Assembly (NCBI GenBank): GCA_002633005.1
Contig: NMRA01000574.1
Span: 205,485-269,484 of the forward strand
Direction of reading: 5' to 3'
Source: Phoronis australis
Taxonomy: Eukaryota; Animalia; Phoronida
DNA length: 64,000 bases
A program made the position numbers and the translations under genes. Under the pieces are notes generated by a model, which was not told the DNA's origin, made no database searches, and saw nothing but the letters and a program-made list of their open reading frames with translations. Shown one piece after another: positions 1 through 10,999 of the stretch (position 1 is its first letter; the number at the start of each line of letters is the position of its first letter).

Positions 1-1929
1 ATATGGGTGGTGGGTACGAAATAAAAGTGCCTTCCCCCCCCTCCCATACAGATTTTGCTGGAACAGCCCTAATTAGATACAGTTAACAAAGTAGCAATTA
101 AAACAGGTTGATGACGAAACTTTGACCAAGAGAACTGAAATAAAGAGATGATACTAAATAGTGAGAGCATGTACAATAATGAAAAATGACGTAATTAAGA
201 AAGGTAAAGTGAAAGAATAGGTAAGTAAATTACAGCCACTTTTTACTATTAAGTTTGACAGTATTAATTGATTTGGGCCGTTTAATTTCTGGGCTAAGAG
301 AATTCCTTATTACAGCAGCAGCATAAGTAAGAGATCTCTCGCTGGTCTCGGGTTTTAATTTTTTTAAAAGAAACATTACCAGCAACAGAAGAAGGTGTTA
401 AGTATACAGCTTGACTGCTGCTGAATTTGTGACCGTGATACGTTGGAGCCAAACAATTGACACACCTGTTACAGGCAACAGGCAGAGAGAAATTTACTTC
501 TTACTATTTCAATACAAAGTGAAACTTCACATTGCATCTACTTATATCAACATCAGAATTACTTAATGATCACTGAAACTAAGTACACTAAGCATTAGCA
601 TGGCATGTGCAGAGTGTTCAATAAGTCTAAATATCAATGAAGTATGTACACTGCACAATAATATACTTTTAAAAACCCCTTTTAATATTACGCAACACTT
701 GTTTATGTTTAGATCAATTACAAAACAAACAGCAGCAACAAGTCATTGGCCTGGTCCACAACATTAGAATGAACATGAGGGTCACACCAAAAAGAAATGT
801 GCAAAGCGCGACATGAAAAATAAGCCTGGCAACTGCTTCACGAAACTCAACTATTGATTATGTTTGTAAAAATAAAAGGAGAATTTAAGAGCATGTCAGA
901 ATCCCTATTCAAAACGATATCAAATGGCGCTTGGAGATGTCCCACCCTACATCTCAGTGCAAAATATGAAAAAATCAGATTCCTTTATGAGATGTCATGC
1001 CAACGACATTGTGTGACATGCAGACAGACCTTTGTTTTTACCACATCTCCCACATCATACTGTGGGGGACAAAAATTACACCAACGACATTGTGTAACAT
1101 ACAGACTGACTGCCAAAAAGTTGGACTTAAAACTGTAAATTTCATAAAAAATGAATGAAAAATTCACATAGCTTTCATTTACAAAACTGAAGCAAAGTTA
1201 AAATAACGATGTTCATTTACCACTTCCCTATAGCACAGCTCAAAACTAGCACCATGCGAACAGCAAGGCTCTGCCTACAACAGGCCTACATTTTGAGAAC
1301 CGGTTTTCTCCATTGAACAAACGTTAATCAAACTGGTTCTCAGAATTTTGCATGTTATCATAGGACTATTGCAGGGGATGCAGCAGTTAACCCAATGTGA
1401 CAAGAACTGTGAACTGACGTTTGTACCTTTATGTCCTCCCATTGTATCACTCCTAAGTCTACTTTAGCTACTTCTCACATAAAGACATTCACGTATTTTA
1501 TAATCCTTGTTTGTTCTCCATCTCGTGCTAAGTACTTCACTGGGTCACCATCAACCAATGTTTTCTGCTGGGAGGACAATCTTGCTTTGGGACCTCTGCG
1601 TTGTTTCCCTTTGACAAATCCACCGACTGAAAAAAGGCAAACAAAGTTAGAATTCATAACACATACCCGACTTGCAGGGTGTAATGCATGTTGAAAACCC
1701 CATTCACTTTTCCTCAAAGGCAAGTATGAAACACAAAGTCTACAGAAGGAAAAATATATTAGTTAAAACAAATAAGACTGTAATTTTATATATTCTAATG
1801 TTAATGGTTTCATCACTTTTGAATGCAATTATTGAAGCCTATAAAAATCTATTCGGTGTAATCACACAAACACTCCACCCTCACAAAATTTCAATTTTTA
1901 GCTGGGCAGGGTTCGTCATGCAAGCTTGA

Positions 1930-2590
1930 CCTGGATGGCAGTAACTGCTACATTTGATGTTATTTTACTTAATCTGTTTCCCAGACATTTTGTCGATGGC
2001 TTTAACAAACAGGCAGCTTCCCTGATGGTGCACAGCTAAATCTCCAGCTCTGTAATTTTCCTTTAGAAGGCCAACTTTGATGCTAAGTTGATAATGCATG
2101 TCAACTGTTCCACTGACACTGATGACGCTGGCTACTAATTGCTTCATCTCCATTGAAGCTCTGTCAAAATACGGAAGTGTGATATTTACGCAGTCGTTCT
2201 CAGCAAAGCGTGGAGAAATGAGCTTGTGTTTCTTGTTATAAGGTGTTGCCATTCGACTTGGCACTCAGCAGTGTTGACATTCAAGCTCTTTTCTTAACCC
2301 CTTTTCCCTATGTGTGAGGTTGAGTTTCTCAAAGGACTATGTCTGCTCTCCACTGTTTGAGATGTGGCTCCAGGAGGTTGTTGGCGAACTCTCGTCCATT
2401 GAATAGAACACGTGTGAGGCACCCATGTTCAACAGAAGTCTTTCCTGCAGCATGGCTGCTACCTCATCTGCTTTTTTGGACTGCAATGGAAAAAGTATGG
2501 AATTTAGAGAAGACATGAGCAACATGTGAGGTGTAATAATGTTCTTACTATCGGGCGGCTGCTTCATGTCAAACAGGTCGATCTGAATAC
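1930..2590 (-). mobile_element. Ginger-type (KRBA2/SCAND3-like) integrase relic, copy 1: core and C-terminal part
   Basis: Frameshifted FQIDL..ILFPLQSKKADEVAAMLQERLLLNMGASHVFYS, then ENDCVNITLPYFDR..YQLSIKVGLLKENYRAGDL and a CHPGQA Cys motif; homologous to 13113-13370. Confidence 0.75.
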
Positions 2591-4558
2591 TGCTGGGTAT
2601 ATTACGTTGTCAAATAAAGTAGACACTCCACGAACTACGCAGTTAAACAAACAGAACTGAACTGAACAACATAAAGATTATCGTCAATGCTTCTTTTTCA
2701 GTTTGAGGGTATTTCCTTTCTGTTTTACTCAGACTACGTGAAGCAAATTGAATTGGTCTTTCCTCACCATCTACAATATGTGACAATTGTGCACCTACAC
2801 CTTCAGGAGATGCATATGTTGCTATGGTTTCTGGTAATTCTGAGTTAAAATGAACCAGAAATCCAGACTCTTTCAGTGCGTTGTTTAAAGCTTTTTAGCT
2901 TTGACTGTCCACTCAAATTTAGTGGATTTCTGCAACATTGCAGTCAAAAGGCGCAATAACCGTGGACATATCTCTTATGTAGGGTCTGTAGTAATTTAGA
3001 AGACCCAAATAGCTTCTTAGACCAGACACATCTTTTGGTAATGGTATGGTCATAATCAAATCAACTTTTTTCTGAGATTCATGAACTCCAGTTTTGTCAA
3101 TAACGTGGCCCAAATGCTCCACTGAATCCTTCATGAATTCATATTTGGACCTGCCTTGTAAATTATGTTTAGACTGCTTGACAAGTCCAACCACAGATCA
3201 CATGACTGATCTTCGTACTGGACATTTACAAGAAACTTACCTACAGGTTTAACAATCTCACCCATGAAACACTCACTTAGATGGTTTCAATTCACTTTGG
3301 TTTTCAAACAGATTTACATACAAATCATATGGTATGATGGAGTCATGGCTCCCAGTGTCATTTCCATCTCTAGATAATGACCACCAACATTTAGTGTCAC
3401 ATAGATAGCGTCACCTGTTCCCGTGTTATTTACGCTGTATTCTGTATCGCTGTCCTCTCTGTCGTTTGTGTTGTCTCCAGCTTAGAGTACATGTCTTGTG
3501 CTAGGCTGTCTCCCACATGCAACTTTAATGTGCCCCTTTTTCTTACACTTGCGACATGTTGCATTCTTGAACCAGCATTGGTCCGGATGGTGTGAGGGTT
3601 TGGCACATCTGTAGCACTCTGTGCTGGTTTTCCTCTTTGGTCCCGCCTTTGGTTTGCCAACTCTCCGGCTTTTCTGGTATCATTGTTTCTTTTTGGCCTT
3701 TACCACCTTCACATCACTGAAAGCTATTTCACTTATCATGGTTTTGTTTTCCATGAAAGTATTTTCTCTGGCCAAGGTGAATTGATAGTTTCATTAAACG
3801 TCAGCTCCTTGTCCTTTGACTTAGCGAGTAACTTTAGCGACATCTGCTCATTAGCACTTCCACTAATGAGTCTGTCCCTCAATTGCTCGTCCAGTTTATC
3901 ACCAAACTTGCAGGTAAGATTGAGGTGTTTGAGCACGACTACAAAGTCCGTAATTGACTCCCCTCTCTTTTGGTGTCGTTTGATAAACTTTCTTCTTTCA
4001 GCAATTGTCAGTGGGGGTCCTGCCAAGTGTTTCGTCAGAGTTTCCTTTAACTCTACGTATGTTTTCTGGCTGGGTTTGGCTGGGCTGACCAGATCCCGTA
4101 CAATTCCATAATACATCTTGCCAATGGAATGCAAGAACATTGCTGCCACTTGCTTCTTCGTTAAATCCGTTTCCTCATTCGCTTGTAGAAACAGTTCAAA
4201 TCTTTCCAAGTAGCATTCCCACTCCTTGATACCATCATATTCGCTGGAAAACGGGGGCAGGTAACTTTGTGAGCACACAGTCATCTCGTCGCCACTGTTG
4301 TGTATCTTACTTTGTCAAATAAAGTAGACGCTCCACGAACTACGCAGTGAAATGAACAGAAATGAACTGAACATCAAACTGATTTATTCTACATATCATA
4401 GCTATATGTATACACAACTACATAACAACATATGATGCATTACCTATGACACACTTCCTATACCTGAAATCGCATGACATAATACCAATTAAACTAATGA
4501 ACTCATAATCAATAATAACCTACAGACATCCTGTTATTGTGTGACTAAGTACACAACA
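2591..4558 (-). mobile_element. Ty3/Gypsy (Mag-like) LTR retrotransposon, internally deleted, inserted in the Ginger integrase
   Basis: 5' LTR 4296-4558 with TGTTGTGT...ACACAACA termini; partial 3' LTR 2591-~2680; PBS TGGCGACGAG (4285-4294); gag 3736-4284 (WECYLERFELF, QLRDRLISG); double CCHC knuckle ~3520-3615; protease IDTGS ~3350; RT end (VEHLGHVID, LRSYLGLLNYY); RNase H start (ERPIQFASRSLSKTERKY). Flanks AATAC/ACTAC resemble a 5-bp TSD. Confidence 0.9.
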
Positions 4559-5140
4559 ACTACGGTGATGAAACTCCTCAAAAATTGGCTTTAAGGGTGG
4601 GCGTTCTTTCTGTGGTTGACCCTTCTTGCAGGTAGGACAGGTTGCGCAGAAGGTCTGCAAATATGCCCATTGAATTCTCAGAATTGCCGGCGACAACATC
4701 TTTTACCTTTTTGTAACTGGCATGACCCCTGTCTACCTTATGGATTTTTCCACAACTTTGTATTCGGCCCTTTCTGGAAGGACCCATCCCCAATAGTTGA
4801 AACGCAAACCCAATGGCTCTCATTCACATTAACAATCTGAATGAAATCTACTTTCACCACTTGCCGTGTCGGACTGTTGTTAGACTGGGTTGTACAATCC
4901 TTCCACACCTTACGTTAAGTGCTTGCTTGATCACCTGTCAAGCAGCATCCATGTGGATGTCATTTAGCCAGGCATTTGATGAGAGGATGTCATCATACTG
5001 GCAGTCATTTCCTTTCATCTTGGCAGGTTGCTTTTGGATCTGAGTTAACGCTTTTCTTTTAGGTGGCTCTTCTCCAAAAGGTGAGAAATAATAATCTTGT
5101 CTCTTGTTGTATTCTGTGTTCTTATGTACTTTACCTGGAA
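4559..5140 (-). mobile_element. Ginger relic copy 1: Ulp1 N-terminal fragment joined to the HHCC zinc-binding region
   Basis: NAWLNDIHMDAA followed by IHKVDRGH..CATCPTC..ERPPLKPI; homologous to 13390-13700 and 11000-11224; continuous with 2590 once the Gypsy insert is removed. Confidence 0.7.
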
Positions 5141-5149
5141 CAAAGCGCA

Positions 5150-6140
5150 CAATGTCCCCCCCCCCTGTGCCTTGGCTTTTCTGTGCAGGTGATGTGTTCT
5201 GGAATAGCAGTAACACCACTTAATCTCACAGTCACATACGCTGTATATGTAGTATCGGCCGATTTGTACATTTTGCCATTGGGATGGGCATCCAATTGGG
5301 CAATAGCCGTAGGTCCCAAAAATGATCGTAGTAGCATATTTTTTGTTGATGGGTGAGGTGGTTGCCTTCCTTTTGGTTAGCGTCCGTTAATACGAAGTAG
5401 TCCTCCAGCATTTCAAGGAACTGTTCGAACTTGAGAGATGGAGTGTCCAGTCCAGTGGGCCAGTAAGTTGGCGGTACAGGCACGTGAAAATGTTGAGCCT
5501 TTATGAAGTTCTGCTTTATCCTCGTCGCCAATTGTTGTGTAGGTGGTAACACAGTAAATTGGTATAACACGTATATTGCTTGTTGAAAAGATAACTACAT
5601 ATAATACGGAAATACTAGTAAATAGGTCTATACACTACGGAGTCCTTTGTCACACTGACTGTAGAATCTAAGTGAGTAATCTCTGAGACTCGTGGCTTCA
5701 TTGTTCGTGGTTGGCACACCTTCTAATGGTGACACACCAACCTCCCCCCGCTCACAAGCGTTAGTGCGGAAATCGAGTTGGTGGCAGTCCTCTGTTGGAG
5801 CGAAACGATCGCCGAGGCACGTCAAAATGGTCATGGTAACATGCGAAGTTGTAGCAGGTGTCGGGTGCCTCTTCGAAAACCTTTCGCATGCGGCGGGCAT
5901 TCCAGAGCTGACCGTCTGAAAGGCGATACGTCCAGTTGCCAATGCAGTCGACAACTTTGAGAGGCGTTGACCATGGTGACGATCCCTTGGGAGTATGCGG
6001 TTTCTTCACGCGTACGGAATCGCCAGTTTTGTAGGGTCCTCTGTGTGTCACTGGAGTAGGTTTTGGGCGAGTGGACTCGCGCTTCTCCTCAGAGAAGACT
6101 GGAACGCGCTCGACCCTGCCTTACTCTTGCAAAATACTGC
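5150..6140 (-). mobile_element. Second Gypsy (Mag-like) relic: integrase C-terminus, PPT, single LTR, PBS, gag N-terminus
   Basis: ORF 5761-6051 GPYKTGDSVRVKKP..WTYRLSDGQLWNARRM; PPT 5741-5752; LTR 5533-5739; PBS TGGCGACGAGGAT ~5518-5530; gag-like FEQFLEMLEDYF..LLRSFLG. Confidence 0.85.
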
Positions 6141-6179
6141 TTACACCTTTCCTAAAGTGTTCAGAGTCAGTGTGACTGC

Positions 6180-7300
6180 ATATCGTTCTTTACCAAAGCT
6201 GGCACTGATGATTCCTTTTCAGCTAAATTCGTCACCCATTTAAATTATCACATTCTATGCATGGCCACATTTAAATAAGTTGTACCCAGACACTCAGTGC
6301 TTTTCATCACCACCAACTCTGAGATGAGCGTGAATCTTTGCCTCGCTAAAAAGTGGAGGGTAACCAGACAAATACTTTGTGTCTATCAAAAAATCACTTT
6401 GTAGTAGACCTTTTAAACATGGTGGAGCATAAAAAAGAAGCCAGGTTTACAATTCAGTTCCCTTGATTAAGGTATTTGTTTCTTAATCACTTAGTAGTCT
6501 TCTGGAAGACAAATATTCTGTAGACGTTGTGAAATTAATGTTAAGTGCTTCCCAATAAAAAGGGTTTTCCACTATGAGTTTTTGAAAACCAAAAAGACAT
6601 CAACTGTTTTGTGACACCCATGAGGACACCGTGTATGTAATCTGGAACAATGCCGCTAACTAAATCGAACCATGGCATAGAAGCAAGGCCAGTCAGTCCA
6701 ATAATACCTTCGCAGCGCATTCCAGAAATTGCTGCTGTAGGTCTTTTAACATACTTAATGTTGTCCTTCCAAAGGGATTGTGCCTAGCATGACCCTTGCC
6801 TACTGTCATTGCTTCTTCTTCACACGTTGAACACCCAAAAGTACCATTGTGCATGGTTTTTTAAGCACATACCCTTTCGCCTGCAAATTAAGTGTGCCGC
6901 ACAATATCGTAAGCTGTACGGTAAAAGGTTCCTTAAAAGGTGGTGGAAATATTACCACCCCATGTTTTGTCAACCTGCACATCTGTTCCTCAAATGACCA
7001 CAGGTAGTTTAAATATGGGGGGTTGCTCTTACCGTGCCAGATGCCCGCAAGAATAATATTATTTCGGGCAAATGTTGCTTAGACTGGCATCTGATTAGTG
7101 GCTTAAGATATGGGTCAAAGTTTGACTTTAGATGAACTGTAAATTGAAATACCTTGTATGTTAAAAAAATTGCACTGATGGTATTGACAGAAGCCAAAAT
7201 TTGACCCTACTATAACTCTTCTAGATAAAGTCGGCCATCTATCATATCTCGTGTTACACCCTCTCATTTAAACACATTGCTTTAGATTTAGTTTCCTGAA
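6180..7300 (-). mobile_element. EnSpm/CACTA (CMC)-type transposase pseudogene fragment
   Basis: Disrupted minus-strand motifs FNIQGISIYSSSKVKL*PI, NNIILAGIWHGKSNP, MHNGTFGCSTCEE, WFDLVSGIVPDYIHGVLMGVTKQL. Confidence 0.8.
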
Positions 7301-7399
7301 TATTTGTCCAGCAGTCAGGCTTTTCTAAAATTTGTGACAACTTGTGTTCAACATCAGACAATAAAAATGAAGCATTGGGTTGCCCGATTGGCTTTACTT

Positions 7400-8562
7400 G
7401 GGCTGTGGGTTTATATTGCACAAAGATAAAACCCGAGGTGGTTCGTATGATGTATTAAAAGCTTCTGATGTGATAGTATAAAAATCTAACATATAGCATG
7501 CAAGTGAACCTATTCGACCAATCAGAATGTGCGCCAAATATAAAACTAACCAATGGGGAAGATTGGCTAGGGCTGGGATGATTTGTAAATATATGTCAAG
7601 AGGTAGCAAGTAATAAGTTTAAACTGAACATATACAGGAAATACCTAAGGTAAATATATGTCAAGAGGTAACAATTAATAACTTGAACTGAACATGTACA
7701 GGAAGTACCTAAGCTAAATAAACCAAGAAAACCAGTCACAAACACATTCCAATATTCTCCCCGGGCGCGAAAAATGTTGAACATAATAGTAAATGGTCGA
7801 AACCAGAAATAAATCAGGCAAACATTAAATATTAAGTCAATACGGAAATAAAACAGCAAACAAATGTGAAACAAGACAATAAGAATAGTAAACAAGATAT
7901 ATATGTCACAATCGAGTAAGTTATATAGAGTCCGTATCATGCAGTTTATGCTGACGTTTCCAAAGGGTAAAGTTTCTTAACGGGTCTACTGATTAGTCCG
8001 TTTTTCGTTTTGAGAACCACAGAACGCACATGTCCATCGTTACCGCGATTGATTTTTTCCACTTTGCCCATATTCCACATGACACGTGGGGTATTTTCGT
8101 CATGTATAAGAACGATGTCACCACAACTTATGTTCAAGGATTGGCAACCAGATTTGATAGTGTGATACTCGCGAAGAGATGTAAGATATTCGGATTTCCA
8201 TCGCCGAGTAAAGGTTGGAACGTCGTACGTATCATTGCTCTACTGCTGATGCCCCAAAATCTGGGTCGTCGATGTCATCATCATCCACTGAATTGAACGG
8301 TAAACAACTGAGGCGGCACCCATGCAATAAGTGAGCCGGAGTAAGCGAATCGGGGTCCTGTATGTCACTAGACAGAAATGTGATTGGTCTGTCGTTAAGA
8401 AGACACTCACATTCAACAAGCAGAGTGCGCATCTTCTCAAAGTGAAGTTTCGATCGTCCAAGTATTTTCTTAATCGTCGTTTTGGTAATGCCTATCAGTC
8501 TTTCCCAGAAACCACCATACCATGGGGCACGCTGAGGGATGAATTTCCATTGCACGCGATGG
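7400..8562 (-). mobile_element. BEL/Pao retrotransposon 3' fragment (integrase, C-terminal domain, PPT, probable 3' LTR)
   Basis: WKFIPQRAPWYGGFWERLIG..LNDRPIT..LTPAHLLHG and GDIVLIHDENTPRVMW..RPVKKLYPLE; PPT-like CGCGCCCGGGGAG ~7757-7769. The left boundary is approximate. Confidence 0.85.
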
Positions 8563-10999
8563 TGTGTGGAAATTCTGGCTATGTAGTATAGGGGGTCGCC
8601 GTGTGAGTTGCCTCGCAGTGTCGGTAGATACAAAGTGGTGATAACTAGACAGTTCAGCAGTGAACCTGTCTAAATAACAAGTCGTGTCGTTGTGCTGACT
8701 AAATGGCAACTGATTTTATTCTACACTCCAAGTCATTTATATACACAATCATTGATAAAATAACTATGACACGTGGGCTAATACTAAGGAAATGACTAAA
8801 CTATAATACAAAACAATTCTTATAAATGATTCGATGTCACAAGGAAGCTAGACCAAATAAGGCAGATTGTTACGTAACCAATTCCTGAGTTGAAGGAACT
8901 CTGTAGTAAACAAACTGTCTGTGAGGTATGGCTGGACATTTGAGCTGAGACACATCTGGTTCCGGTCAGTATGAATCAGCTGATGGGCGAAGTGTCAAAA
9001 CAAATCACGGAAATCCGTGACACTCCCCGGGTGGCCGAAAAAATGGCAAAGTACTAAAGAAAAATACATGTCTAGATACTAAAACAAACAATCAACAGAA
9101 AACGGTAACTATAACTAACTGGAATACAAATATGCATGTCTCACTAAATAGATGTAATTAGTCCTTAAAACAATTTCGTATCTTCTGTATGGCTTGCCTT
9201 GCTGCATTCCGTACTGGTCGGGAAGTTGCAGTGGTTTGGGTCTCCATCTCCAGGGCGAGTGGTCGGTCTCCATCGTCAGTGGCGTCATTTACCTCCAGTG
9301 GATAAAGCTTGGCTAGTGGACGATTCGTAACTCTGTTGCCGGTTCTCACTGTTGCTGAACGCACAAGGCCATCAGCACCGAAGTGTAACTGTATGACCTT
9401 GGCTAAGGGCCACGAAACACGTTTTTCATCATCCATGTGAATGATGACAACATCACCGACTTGAATTCTGTTGCATTGCTGGTTGTTCCCTTTCGTCTGT
9501 GCGTGTCTTTCTCGAAGTACCGGCAGATACTCATGTTTCCAGCGTGTCCAGAAATTGCGAAATACGTTGTCTAGGTGTTTGAAGCGTCTGCTAAGTTGAT
9601 CTGGGGTCACTGTGTAATCAGGGTCGAGGATTTCCTCGTCTGTGACATAGTTGTGCGGCAGTGGAGAGATGATTCGTCCATGCAGTAGATGAGATGGGGT
9701 TATAGGTTGTAGATCGTCCGCATCATTTGACATGTATGTGAGTGGCCTGTTGTTGATAATCATCTCTGCTTCTGTTAGGATGGTTGAGAGTTCATCGTAG
9801 GATACACATGCGCGGCCAAGTACCTTCTTGATGACTGATTTTGTAACACCAATGAGTCTTTCGTAGAACCCTCCAAACCACGGGGCTCGTTTCGGTATAA
9901 ATGACCACTTTATCTGGTTAGAGGCAAGGTATGTTTGGACTGGAACACTGTTGATCAACTTTCCGACGGTGTCAGCGGCGGAGAGAAATGTCGTCGCATT
10001 GTCCGAGATGATGTGGCTGGGCATGGAACGTCGGCTTGTAAATCGGCGAAAGGCTTGTAAGAAGGTGTGTGCAGTCATGTCAGGCACTAACTCCAAGTGA
10101 ACGGCTCTGGTGACAGCGCAGGTGAATAAACAGACATAACACTTGTTCTNNNNNNNNNNNNNNNNNNNNNNNNNNNNNNNNNNNNNNNNNNNNNNNNNNN
10201 NNNNNNNNNNNNNNNNNNNNNNNNNNNNNNNNNNNNNNNNNNNNNNNNNNNNNNNNATTCTGGAGATCGCTGAACAGGCAGTATGTTTCCATGAGGAAGT
10301 CGTCGGTGTCCCCCAGGTAATTGAGTTTTTCGGCGTCGTCTGGCATGAGTTCTAAAAGTTCTTTCTGGTAATCTTCATATAGCTTTCGTTGTTGTGCGAT
10401 GACGCCTAGACGGTTGTCTAGCGTTTTTAGGTCCTTGGCTTGGAGCGATTGCATCATGTCGGTGACTTCATCAATGTAGCGTTCTATGTGCTTTCTGGCT
10501 TGTTGTTGGCGTTTCTGGGCGAGATCCATGCTTCGTTGTAGTTAATGGTCGTCGTGATCGTCTTTGAGACTGTAGTAGTTTGCAGTTGGCGTTGTGTCGT
10601 CGCTGGGCTGGCAGCAGGCTGGTTGAGTCAAGCTGGTTGGTTCTCGGTTCTTCTCCTCTGTTGGCCACGGCACCAGAAAATGTGGGGAAATTCTGGCTAT
10701 GTAGTATAGGGGTTCGCCGTGTGAGTTGCCTCGCAGTGTCGGTAAATACAAAGTGGTGATAACTAGACAGTTCAGCAGTGAACCTGTCTAAATAACAAGC
10801 CGTGTCGTTGTGCTGACAAAATGGCAACTGATTTTATTCTGCACTCCAAGTCATTTATATACACAATCATTGACAAATAACCATGACACATGGGCTAATA
10901 CTAAGGAAATGACTAACTATAACACAAACAATTCTTATAAATGATTCCACTTCACAAGGAAGCTAGACTAAATAAGGCAGATTGTTACGTAACCAATTC
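8563..10999 (-). mobile_element. BEL/Pao LTR retrotransposon with an internal assembly gap, nested in the preceding BEL element
   Basis: 3' LTR 8563-9022; truncated 5' LTR 10681-10999 (near-identical); PPT 9023-9036; PBS TGGTGCCGTGG (tRNA-His-like) ~10665-10675; gag start 10529; open integrase frame 9158-10149. Confidence 0.92.
9158..10149 (-). CDS. BEL/Pao pol integrase and C-terminal domain (5' part lost in the N gap)
   Basis: CLFTCAVTRAVHLELV, ISDNATTF, APWFGGFYERLIG, FWTRWKHEYL, RPLAKLYPLEV; no stops. Confidence 0.85.

Noticed and set aside
8232-8709. ORFs starting in the BEL LTR and running into integrase
   Set aside because: Chance in-frame fusion at the insertion junction, not a gene.
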